Virus record (IMG/VR): IMGVR_UViG_3300017499_000044
Coordinates: 30,033 to 94,032 of that record
From: a virus
Taxonomy: Duplodnaviria; Caudoviricetes
Reading direction: 5' to 3' (one strand)
Length of the DNA stretch: 64,000 nucleotides
The translations under genes were made by a program, and so were the position numbers. This document shows positions 21,755-30,128 of this stretch, in pieces (the first letter of the stretch is position 1; the number at the start of each line of letters is the position of its first letter). Below the pieces are notes generated by a model. It was not told where the DNA came from, ran no database searches, and worked only from the letters and a program-made list of their open reading frames with translations.

Positions 21755-22945
21755 ATGGCTTATGATGTAACAAAACTCACAAAACTCGGACAGCTCAAGA
21801 CCGCTATGGAAAAGGTCAAGACCGAGCTTGCCGAAGAGGCGGCGGATTTATCCGAGTTGCAGTCCGATGTTTCGGCTATCGACACACGAGTTACAACAGC
21901 TGAAACCAAATTATCCGGCATTGCGGAGGGTGCAAACAAGACCGTTGTTGATACGGCTCTAAGTTCTTCATCAACAAATCCGGTGCAGAACAAAGTTGTA
22001 AACACCGCATTGGCGGCAAAAGTGCCGACTTCGCGCACGGTCAACGGAAAAGCATTATCCGCTAATATTACGCTGTCGGCAGCTGACGTGTCGGCGATTC
22101 CCGCAACGCAGAAAGGCGCGGCTTCGGGCGTGGCGGAGCTGGATTCAAGCGGAAAAGTACCGTCAAGTCAACTCCCGTCATATGTTGATGATGTAATTGA
22201 GGGGTACTATTCAGGCGGCAAATTCTACGAGGAAAGCGCACATACCACCGAGATAACCGGGGAAACAGGGAAGATTTACACAGACCTTTCCACCAACAAG
22301 ACATACAGATGGTCAGGTTCGGCGTTCGTTGAGATTTCGGCATCGCTGGCACTCGGCGAGACATCGTCCACCGCGTACCGGGGTGATTACGGCAAGATTG
22401 CATACACGCACTCTCAGTCGGCACACGCCCCTTCGGACGCGGAAAAGAATGTGATAATTACCGTTAAAAAGAATGGAACGGCGTTAGACGTGGATTCCTC
22501 AAGGGCGGTTGATATTACGTTTGATGACCATACGCACAGCAATAAGGATGTGCTTGACGCTATTACGGCAAGTTTTACCACAGAAGAAAAGACAAAATTG
22601 TCGGGAATTGCGACGGGAGCAAACAAGACTGTTGTTGATACAGCTCTATCGTCGACTTCAACCAATCCGGTGACAAGCAAAGCAATATACGCGGCGATTG
22701 ACGCGGCAAAAGTTACAGTAGACACGGCGCTGTCTTCTACTTCAACTAACCCTGTACAGAACAAGGCATTGTATACGGAAATTGCAGGTATCAATGGAGC
22801 TCTCGGCGTTATATCAAATCTTTCTACTACTAATCAGAATAGCCTTGTTGACGCGATAAACGAGGTCAAGGCAGACGTTGACGCAATAGAAATAGCGACA
22901 GACGAGGAAGTTACAGAAATGCTCACCGAGGTATTCGGCGCGTGA
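21755..22945 (+). CDS. Tail fibre / collar-like repeat protein
   Basis: KLSGIAxGANKTVVDTALSS repeats, GVAELDSSGKVPSSQLPSYVDDV, SLALGETSSTAYRGDYGK motifs. Confidence 0.75.
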   Translation: MAYDVTKLTKLGQLKTAMEKVKTELAEEAADLSELQSDVSAIDTRVTTAETKLSGIAEGANKTVVDTALSSSSTNPVQNKVVNTALAAKVPTSRTVNGKALSANITLSAADVSAIPATQKGAASGVAELDSSGKVPSSQLPSYVDDVIEGYYSGGKFYEESAHTTEITGETGKIYTDLSTNKTYRWSGSAFVEISASLALGETSSTAYRGDYGKIAYTHSQSAHAPSDAEKNVIITVKKNGTALDVDSSRAVDITFDDHTHSNKDVLDAITASFTTEEKTKLSGIATGANKTVVDTALSSTSTNPVTSKAIYAAIDAAKVTVDTALSSTSTNPVQNKALYTEIAGINGALGVISNLSTTNQNSLVDAINEVKADVDAIEIATDEEVTEMLTEVFGA

Positions 22946-23000
22946 TGTATAGCGGCGGGGCAGACAAGCCCCGCCTTCGTCATTAAGAGAGGTGACTAGA

Positions 23001-24122
23001 ATGGGAAAAGTGACACTTTTGGGGCAGATGAAAACCTTCGCAAGCACGTTGAAGGGGCTGTTGGATAACAAGGTTGATAAAACGCAGTATGCGTCCACAA
23101 CTCAGGCGGGGATAGTGAAATTGTACACATCAAGCGGCGGTTCGAACATAAGTGGGCTGAGCATTTCGGACACGAACGGCTCGATTCACGTTGCAACGAA
23201 CAGTTCAAAAGGAACGCAAAGAACGGGTTCCGGCGAGGTGATTATCTCTGCCGCCACAACATCGGATATAGACACGGGGACGAGTTCATACAAGCCGATT
23301 GTTCCATCAACGCTGAGCTATGCAGTGCAGTCCGTCGGCGGCAAACTTGAAGAGCTTAGTACAACAGCGCAGGATTCTTATGTTGCCGCGATAAATGAGG
23401 TGGCAGGAGATTCGCACACGCACAGCAATAAAGCGGTGCTTGATGAAATCACAGCGGAGAAGGTTGCAGAGTGGGACGCCGGGACGGGAACAGGCAATGT
23501 TACCGTGGATACGAAACTGACAGAAACTTCAACCAATCCGGTAACAAGCAAGGCTATTTGGGATTACATCGGGGACATAGACCCTATAGCTCCAACCGGA
23601 ACACTCGTGGATGGAATACGACTCATCTCGGACGACATCGGAGACTTGGAAACGTTGGACACTACAGTAAAAACCGACCTTGTTTCCGCTATAAATGAAG
23701 TCGCAGGTTCTTCCGGCGGCGGTGTTACCGTGGATGCGGAATTATCTACTACGTCCGAAAATCCCGTGCAGAATAAAGTTGTAACCGCCGCGATTAACGA
23801 GGCAATATCTTCGACTGCCGATTCGAATCTTGGTATTCCGGTGCTGATTGATATGAGCAATGCTTCTGTTAATGACGGTGTTACATTGAGAGGAGTTACA
23901 TGGAATGTTTCACTTGAAACAGGCAAATATTACCGATTTTATACTTCTGCTGCTTTAAGCGCAGCAAGCAGCATAGATACGATAGTGGATGTGGATAACG
24001 TCATGATTTTAATAAACAACGATACATTTGATTTTTCCGCATTCAATACTTATTTATGCTTGGTTGCCGCGACACCGAGTACAAGCAGCAACGGAAATTA
24101 TGAAATTACCATTATTTCATGA
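23001..24122 (+). CDS. Tail fibre repeat protein, partial paralog of 16343-21139
   Basis: Shares YAST..AGIVKLY...SYKPIVPSTLSYAVQS...AINE block with 16343-21139; TSTNPV repeats. Confidence 0.7.
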   Translation: MGKVTLLGQMKTFASTLKGLLDNKVDKTQYASTTQAGIVKLYTSSGGSNISGLSISDTNGSIHVATNSSKGTQRTGSGEVIISAATTSDIDTGTSSYKPIVPSTLSYAVQSVGGKLEELSTTAQDSYVAAINEVAGDSHTHSNKAVLDEITAEKVAEWDAGTGTGNVTVDTKLTETSTNPVTSKAIWDYIGDIDPIAPTGTLVDGIRLISDDIGDLETLDTTVKTDLVSAINEVAGSSGGGVTVDAELSTTSENPVQNKVVTAAINEAISSTADSNLGIPVLIDMSNASVNDGVTLRGVTWNVSLETGKYYRFYTSAALSAASSIDTIVDVDNVMILINNDTFDFSAFNTYLCLVAATPSTSSNGNYEITIIS

Positions 24123-24142
24123 AATTTTAGGGAGAAGGCAAC

Positions 24143-24409
24143 ATGGATGAGGTTAAAATAACAGAACGAATAGCAGTGACAGAACAGGATTTGCGGTCGG
24201 TGCATAGAAGAATTGACAATCTTGAAAAATTGACCGAGAGCGTTCATGTCATCGCAACCGAACTGAAAGCTATGCGCGAGGACGTGAGCGACATTATGAC
24301 ACGGGTAGATGAAATCGAACGCAAACCAACAAAACGGTATGAAACAATTATTACGTCAATTATTACTGCAGTTATTGGAATTATTATCGGATATTTTTCG
24401 AAAATGTGA
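24143..24409 (+). CDS. XhlA-like / holin-like coiled-coil membrane protein
   Basis: Coiled coil plus single C-terminal TM helix; first gene of the lysis region. Confidence 0.65.
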   Translation: MDEVKITERIAVTEQDLRSVHRRIDNLEKLTESVHVIATELKAMREDVSDIMTRVDEIERKPTKRYETIITSIITAVIGIIIGYFSKM

Positions 24410-24420
24410 GGGCGTTAATA

Positions 24421-24738
24421 ATGAAGAAACGTGTGAAAAGATTTTTAAAAAAATATTTGAAAAAGTATTTTGAATTTTCTAAATTATTGATTGCTCAAGA
24501 GAGCGTGCTTGTATGGATCAGCACATTTAAATTATTAGACCTTGCGACGGAGTCAGTCTCAAGCGGATATATGGGTACGCTCCCATACCTCGCCACCCTG
24601 TGCGGAGCGATCTGGGCAGCATATGGTGTTTCGCAGGGATTCTATTACAACAAGTCAAAGTCGGAAAATGTGAATAAGCACAGTCGCATTCCACAGATAC
24701 CCGAGGAAAGATTCGACGAGGACTGCGATGCAGAATAA
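24421..24738 (+). CDS. Two-TM holin-like protein
   Basis: EFSKLLI...hydrophobic helices...FYYNKSKSEN pattern common in Firmicutes phage lysis cassettes. Confidence 0.6.
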   Translation: MKKRVKRFLKKYLKKYFEFSKLLIAQESVLVWISTFKLLDLATESVSSGYMGTLPYLATLCGAIWAAYGVSQGFYYNKSKSENVNKHSRIPQIPEERFDEDCDAE

Positions 24739-24761
24739 ATAGAATTTATGTAAAAATCTTA

Positions 24762-24790
24762 TTGACTTTTTGTTGAGTTTGTAGTATAAT
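24762..24790 (+). promoter_or_regulatory. Sigma70/SigA promoter (moron)
   Basis: TTGACT-17 nt-TATAAT. Confidence 0.75.
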
Positions 24791-24878
24791 AAAATAAATT
24801 AGAAATTATTAGCGCACCGTTGTATTGCGATGATACATCGGTGTATCATAGATCCAGATATGAAGGAGTGTTGTTACT

Positions 24879-25001
24879 ATGCTTGATGCAATCGGGAGTT
24901 TCTTTAACGTAATATTTGTGATTGTAAAGGCAACAGTGTTATTCTTTTTGCCGGGCTTTATCATTTGTATCTTGGAAGAAATTTTTAATAATAGGAAGTG
25001 A
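24879..25001 (+). CDS. 40-aa single-TM peptide (not in ORF track), paralog of 59437-59544
   Basis: RBS AAGGAG; MLDAIGSFFNVIFVIVKATVLFFLPGFIICILEEIFNNRK. Confidence 0.65.
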   Translation: MLDAIGSFFNVIFVIVKATVLFFLPGFIICILEEIFNNRK

Positions 25002-25007
25002 TTGTAA

Positions 25008-25391
25008 ATGTACGTAATGTATGAAAAGCTTGTGTGTGCAATATTTTCACAGGCTGTAAAGGACTATGCTGATTTGCGGAATCGGGGACTATCCAAAAGC
25101 AAAAACAAGGTCTCACTCGGGGATGGCTATTCAATCAGGGAGATTGAGCGTTTCCTTGTGAGTCCGTGGGGTGCCTCTCTTTTGCAGGGTATCAACAGTC
25201 GTGTTCTTTTTGCCCGGCTTGATAATTTATTTTATTATCGACGTATTGCTCGGCGGAAAGTAATATCTCAATTAAGATTTACAACGCACGGGATGGGTTC
25301 GCCCATCCCCATTATAACTAAATATAACTTTAGCACTGTAGTAATTATCACAGTGCTTTTTGTTTGCTCAAAATTTAATGATGCAGAGTGA
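25008..25391 (+). CDS. Hypothetical protein; N-terminal ~60 aa paralogous to 59154-59423, 3' part divergent (possibly a truncated copy)
   Basis: MYVMYEKLVCAIFSQAVKDYADLR vs MYTMYEELVCAIFAQAAKDYADLR. Confidence 0.55.
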   Translation: MYVMYEKLVCAIFSQAVKDYADLRNRGLSKSKNKVSLGDGYSIREIERFLVSPWGASLLQGINSRVLFARLDNLFYYRRIARRKVISQLRFTTHGMGSPIPIITKYNFSTVVIITVLFVCSKFNDAE

Positions 25392-25426
25392 TAGTATAAT
25401 TAGTATAATTAGGAGGAGCGACAGTA

Positions 25427-25669
25427 ATGATTTGTGTAAGCAATGAAGCTATCATAAGAGCCGGGAAACAAATGAGGTCAGAGAGGCGTAATTCAAAAAG
25501 AGTTTTCGAGCGGGATTTTGCAAATTCAAGGTTAAGCAAATTTACTTTGTCTAATTCAACTCTCGAGATACCCGAAAACGGTATACATAATAAGACCGGT
25601 CTTTCAGCAGCAAGAGCGGTCGGTGTCAGGGGTGCTGCGGCGGTATATGCCAGACAGAACGATGCTTAA
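25427..25669 (+). CDS. Basic hypothetical protein
   Basis: RBS AGGAGG and upstream TATAAT. Confidence 0.45.
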   Translation: MICVSNEAIIRAGKQMRSERRNSKRVFERDFANSRLSKFTLSNSTLEIPENGIHNKTGLSAARAVGVRGAAAVYARQNDA

Positions 25670-25740
25670 TTAATTAGATACAATCTTAGTGCCACAGCAA
25701 TCGTTGCGGTGCTTTCGTTTAATAAGGAAGGGTGATATAA

Positions 25741-26772
25741 ATGAGTGTTATTAGCGATTTGTTAAACAACGCAAAATCATGGACGGGCTATTTAGAAAAA
25801 CGTTCTAATAGCCATCTTGATGATTTTACAGCCAATGCAGGAAGTGCGAATTATACGAGATTTGCAAGAGACTATTGCAGCTATTTCGGGGAGAGCATAA
25901 ATGTTTATCAGGGACAACCGTGGTGTGCGATGTTTGTGTCGTGCTGTTTTGCATATGTGTTTGGTGCAGACAAAGCGGAAAAAATGCTTTACGGGCATTA
26001 TGCGTATTGCCCTTATGGGGTGAATCATTTCAAAAGCAATAATGCGTGGCATACTTCACCTGAACCCGGAGATGTAATCTTCTTTGCAAAAAATGGAGTG
26101 TCTACTCATACGGGCATAGTAATAAAGGTTGCGAACGGCAGAGTGTATACTATCGAAGGAAACACCTCGTCTGCTTCAGGTGTTGTCGCAAACGGTGGGT
26201 GCGTGGCGCAGAAATCGTATAGCACAAGCTATAGTAAAATCTTAGGCTATGGCAGACCGAAGTGGAGTGCCGCAGAGACAATTGAAGTACAGCAAAAATC
26301 CACAAATGTATATGATACATATCTTGAAGCCTTTATACAAAAAGGCATTATATCCGATAAAGCTATTTGGGGAGATTATAATGCGTTGACAACAAAGGCT
26401 CAAGCGGTCGCACTGATTGATAAAGCGACAGGCGGAATGTGGACAAGCAGCGAAGATGATACCTCAATACATTGGGCGCAACCTCATGTAATAAGCCTTT
26501 GCGGCAAGGGAGTAATCACAGACAAAGAGCAGTGGATACCCACGCTTGACAGCTCAATTTCAAAAGCCTTTGTTCTCGCTTTAATCGATAAAATCACAAA
26601 CGGAATGGCAGCGCAGTATCAAGGCAGAGCGACTGACCACTGGGGGCGCAATCATTTAGATAGTTTATGTGATAAGGGCATTGTTACGACACCTGACGCA
26701 TGGACGGATTTTGAGGGCGAGGTTCCGAGAGGGAATGTTTTGGCGATTTTGTATAAGGCATTGGGGTATTAA
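25741..26772 (+). CDS. Endolysin, CHAP amidase with C-terminal repeated cell-wall-binding modules
   Basis: QPWCAMFV, HTGIV, TIEGNT; C-terminal HWAQPH/HWGRNH..LCxKG repeats. Confidence 0.9.
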   Translation: MSVISDLLNNAKSWTGYLEKRSNSHLDDFTANAGSANYTRFARDYCSYFGESINVYQGQPWCAMFVSCCFAYVFGADKAEKMLYGHYAYCPYGVNHFKSNNAWHTSPEPGDVIFFAKNGVSTHTGIVIKVANGRVYTIEGNTSSASGVVANGGCVAQKSYSTSYSKILGYGRPKWSAAETIEVQQKSTNVYDTYLEAFIQKGIISDKAIWGDYNALTTKAQAVALIDKATGGMWTSSEDDTSIHWAQPHVISLCGKGVITDKEQWIPTLDSSISKAFVLALIDKITNGMAAQYQGRATDHWGRNHLDSLCDKGIVTTPDAWTDFEGEVPRGNVLAILYKALGY

Positions 26773-26903
26773 AAAAACAATGCTTTTGTAATAATAATAT
26801 TATTACGATGTATTGACAACAGTTGTATTTTGATATATCTTGCGGGTAAGGATTTGATATTATAACCATTACGAAATTTAAAGAAATATTAACAAAAATC
26901 CAC

Positions 26904-26932
26904 TTGATAAAGTCATAATTCCGTAGTATAAT
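26904..26932 (+). promoter_or_regulatory. SigA promoter of TA moron
   Basis: TTGATA-17 nt-TATAAT. Confidence 0.7.
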
Positions 26933-27019
26933 GAATACATAGTATAACAGAATTGTGGTTATTTAATCACCACAGTCGTGTATCACGGAGAAAGCAACAC
27001 CGTATAAGAACGAAAGGAG

Positions 27020-27583
27020 ATGTGTCTGATGGGAACCGCTAAATTTACAGCATTGGATATTGCGAATTTTTATATTTGTGCGGCAAACAGTACACCGGGC
27101 GATTCGATTGATAACCTAAAGTTGAATAAGCTTCTATATTTTGCTCAAGGAAGATTTCTTTCGGAGTTAGGCAGACCCTTGTTTAGCGATGAGATTCAAG
27201 CGTGGGATTATGGTCCCGTTGTGCCGTCTGTTTACCACACATTTAAAATTTGCGGACAGCACAGCATTGAGTCTCCGCAAGCCGATGTCAACGAAACAAG
27301 AATGACATCCGAGGAAATTGATTTGTTGCTCGACATATATGACAATTACGGAAAATACACCGGTGTTGCGCTCAAGAATATGACTCACAAAAAAGGTACA
27401 CCATGGCAGTCGGTATATGTAAAGGGAGCAAATAACGTTATTGAACCTTCGGCAATGAAGGAATGGTTTGACAAAGACAGTGACTTTCATAGGTTCAAGC
27501 TTGATTTCAGCAAGGCAGACATTATAACAAAATGTCCGATTGCGTGGGATTCTAATGAGGATGCTGCTTATGACGTACAATAG
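27020..27583 (+). CDS. Panacea-domain (DUF4065/SocA/GepA) antitoxin
   Basis: NLKLNKLLYFAQG, AWDYGPV, THKKGTPW motifs. Confidence 0.9.
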   Translation: MCLMGTAKFTALDIANFYICAANSTPGDSIDNLKLNKLLYFAQGRFLSELGRPLFSDEIQAWDYGPVVPSVYHTFKICGQHSIESPQADVNETRMTSEEIDLLLDIYDNYGKYTGVALKNMTHKKGTPWQSVYVKGANNVIEPSAMKEWFDKDSDFHRFKLDFSKADIITKCPIAWDSNEDAAYDVQ

Positions 27584-27905
27584 ATGGGAAATATGGGAGG
27601 CAAAAGTTCCTTTTGAGGATAGAGATGAATATAAGAAAAGACCTGTGTTAGTACTCTCTGAGGAGGATATGATTGTCCTCTCTCTTAAAATGACATCGCA
27701 CTCTCCACGCTATCATAAACTTGACGGTGAGTATGAAATCATGAGATGGCAAGAAGCAGGGCTTAAGAAGCCGACTGTTATACAATGCAGCAAACTTTTG
27801 AGGTTAAACAAATCCTTGATGATGGGGCGAAAATATGGAAAGTTGCTTTCCACAGATGTTATAGCCCTTCGTTCTTTATTGCGATATATGGGGATTGCTG
27901 TTTAG
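27570..27905 (+). CDS. PemK/MazF-family toxin
   Basis: WEIWEAKVPFED..KKRPVLVL, LKMTS, WQEAGLKKPT; overlaps antitoxin stop. Confidence 0.85.
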   Translation: MTYNRWEIWEAKVPFEDRDEYKKRPVLVLSEEDMIVLSLKMTSHSPRYHKLDGEYEIMRWQEAGLKKPTVIQCSKLLRLNKSLMMGRKYGKLLSTDVIALRSLLRYMGIAV

Positions 27906-28053
27906 ATTGTTGCGTAAATGTATTTCCAAAAACTCGGAAACTACAAGGTCGGTTTGTTACGCAAGTATCTTTAATTTATGAAACACAAAATATTACATGG
28001 ACGGTTTGAAACACAGCCGTCCTTTTGTTATGTCTAAATGAAGGGAGTTTATT

Positions 28054-28362
28054 ATGAATTGGATGAATTTTACTATAGCTGTATTATCGGGATTGGCAGC
28101 GGCTATCCCGTTGGTTGTAAAATTAGTTGAATACGTGCAAAAAGCCGTAAAGGAAAAGAATTGGAATAAGCTGATTGAGCTAGTGCTGAGGCTAATGGAG
28201 GAAGCCGAGGAAAAATTTGATGATGGTGCGACACGCAAGGAATGGGTGCTTGCAATGGTGCAAGCTTCTGCTGATTCTATCAATTACGATATTGATATTG
28301 AGTCGCTGGATACCTTAATAGATAATCTTTGCGATATGTCAAAAGTAGTAAACGCTAAATAG
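28054..28362 (+). CDS. Holin (LL-H-like family)
   Basis: N-terminal TM; AEEKFDDGATRKEWVL motif. Confidence 0.75.
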   Translation: MNWMNFTIAVLSGLAAAIPLVVKLVEYVQKAVKEKNWNKLIELVLRLMEEAEEKFDDGATRKEWVLAMVQASADSINYDIDIESLDTLIDNLCDMSKVVNAK

Positions 28363-28377
28363 GTTGGAGGTGATATA

Positions 28378-28680
28378 ATGATTGATGTCATTTGTGCTGT
28401 AATAGCAGCAATGTCTGCTATTATTGTATCTGCGATTGGAGCAAATATGAAAAAATCCGAAAGAAGAGCTGACGAGCAAGCAGAACTCCGAAGAAAAGAA
28501 AGCCTGCTTTCTTTAAGAATGATGGATGCGACGTTGCAGCTGTCTGTCGTAACATCAAATGCCTTGACCGGCGGTCATAATAACGGTAATGTTGAAAAAG
28601 CAAGAGAGGCTGCGAGCAAGGCTGCTTCTGATTATGAAGAGTTTATGAGGCAGACTACTGTGCGTGAGATAAGTAAATAA
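28378..28680 (+). CDS. Membrane-anchored lysis-region protein
   Basis: N-terminal TM, GHNNGNVEKA motif. Confidence 0.55.
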   Translation: MIDVICAVIAAMSAIIVSAIGANMKKSERRADEQAELRRKESLLSLRMMDATLQLSVVTSNALTGGHNNGNVEKAREAASKAASDYEEFMRQTTVREISK

Positions 28681-28886
28681 ATAATCAAGTTATTTGATGT
28701 ATTATATATTATATATTCTGAATAGTATTAATAAATCAAATCGATATAATTTATGCAAAATAACGAACTTTTTAAAACATTTCATAATATGATTGCATAT
28801 ATCTAAAAAAAATGATATAATAATAAAGTCGTTAATCTTCTTAACGATATAGCATAACTCACCACGTGATAGAGGAGGAATTTTTA

Positions 28887-29117
28887 ATGTATGAGCTAAA
28901 GGAGCGCACGAAAAAAATGATAGGGAAAATATCTGGTATATCCTATGACGAGCTTATTAATATGGATTACGATGCGTACAAAACTACAATTGACAAAGAT
29001 TGTAAATTTACATTAGAAAACGACGAAAGAATTATTGGCAGAGGGAATCCGTTGCTATCAAGAGGCGAATTTCTTACGATGGATGAGGTAGATGAATATT
29101 TGGAGGCTCTGAGATGA
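28887..29117 (+). CDS. Small acidic hypothetical protein (putative antitoxin/partner)
   Basis: Preceded by an AT-rich promoter-like region (TTGCAT...TGATATAAT) and RBS GAGGAGG; ATGA overlap with next gene. Confidence 0.6.
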   Translation: MYELKERTKKMIGKISGISYDELINMDYDAYKTTIDKDCKFTLENDERIIGRGNPLLSRGEFLTMDEVDEYLEALR

Positions 29118-29845
29118 CAACAGATTCTCCACATTACATAGATAAAAGGGTACAGGAGCAGTTGTGCGAAATCTATTTGCAGTATCACAATTCTATAAAG
29201 GGGTTTGTTGCGAATTTAGAAACTTTACAAAACCGCTTTCCTGTCGAAATTTTAAATGAAATTCGAGCGGTCTTTTCCCATATTGCTAAAATATATGCTT
29301 TTAATGATGAGGCGATTATATTTGAGAATTTAGAAAAAGCCAGAGGACATGTCAAACGAGCGCAACTCGATGCGTATAAGTATTTGTGCTACGCATTTTC
29401 CAAAGAGTACAACGACTTCAGAGATATGTATAAAGATGTTGATTTGTATAGTGTTAATAATGGAGAATTTATAAATCAATTAAGAATATTTCTCGCCGAT
29501 TCGAAACAAAAACTCTCAAACGCAAGAAGGCTTGAAAACGAAGAGTCTGATGCTTCCGTTTCCTACAACGCTTACGAAGAAGCCTATTTATCATATGGGG
29601 CTTTGTATAATCTCATAAACGAAAACATGGAACACATTGATGTATTGCAACAAAGAGAACAAATTAAACAAGAAAAGCAAAATAAGGTCAATCAAAAACT
29701 TCTTGATGAGTTCGCCGCTCTTAAAGCAGAAAATGAAAAACAAAAACAAGCAAATGAACGTGAAAAGAAAAAGAATTTTATCCTAACATGCGTTAGCATT
29801 GGCTTGGGTATCCTGTCTATAATATTAGGTATCGTAGCCCTTTGA
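29114..29845 (+). CDS. Helical protein with RxxxxH (HEPN-like) motif and C-terminal TM helix
   Basis: NEIRAVFSH; coiled coil; terminal hydrophobic helix; low GC. Confidence 0.5.
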   Translation: MTTDSPHYIDKRVQEQLCEIYLQYHNSIKGFVANLETLQNRFPVEILNEIRAVFSHIAKIYAFNDEAIIFENLEKARGHVKRAQLDAYKYLCYAFSKEYNDFRDMYKDVDLYSVNNGEFINQLRIFLADSKQKLSNARRLENEESDASVSYNAYEEAYLSYGALYNLINENMEHIDVLQQREQIKQEKQNKVNQKLLDEFAALKAENEKQKQANEREKKKNFILTCVSIGLGILSIILGIVAL

Positions 29846-29928
29846 GTCGGTGTAATATCTATTATAAAGATTTTAATAAACAGGCTACTACGCATTGGAT
29901 AAATTCGTAAACTATTATTGATTGAATT

Positions 29929-29990
29929 TATAAGCCCTCTTCCGAGGGCTTATTCATAGAAAAAGACCGCCACAATTAAGTGACGGTCTG
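29929..29990. terminator. Convergent terminators between late (+) and early (-) arms
   Basis: taagccctc/gagggctta and agaccgccac/gtgacggtct hairpins, the latter with a T-tail on the - strand. Confidence 0.75.
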
Positions 29991-29993
29991 TGA

Positions 29994-30066
29994 CTCCTCG
30001 AGTCCGGCTCGAACGGACGACATCGTGATTAACAGTCACGCGCTCTGCCAACTGAGCTATCGAGGA
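29994..30066 (-). tRNA. tRNA-Asn(GTT)
   Basis: TCCTCGA/TCGAGGA acceptor stem, D arm AGCTCAGTTGGCAGAGC, anticodon loop CTGTTAA, GTTCGAG T loop; followed by TCA rather than an encoded CCA. Confidence 0.95.
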
Positions 30067-30128
30067 ATATAAAAAAGGTGTTAATCGTTTTGTTCTTCTT
30101 CTCTAACTTAATCAGCAAACTTGCTGAT

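Noticed and set aside
903-23926. Numerous short antisense ORFs in the track overlapping tail genes (and + strand ORFs over the early arm)
   Set aside because: Shadow ORFs opposite long genes, without RBS or recognisable motifs.
29994-30066. tRNA as prophage attachment boundary
   Set aside because: Phage genes continue on both sides, no duplicated tRNA 3' end was seen, and the integrase is a serine type.
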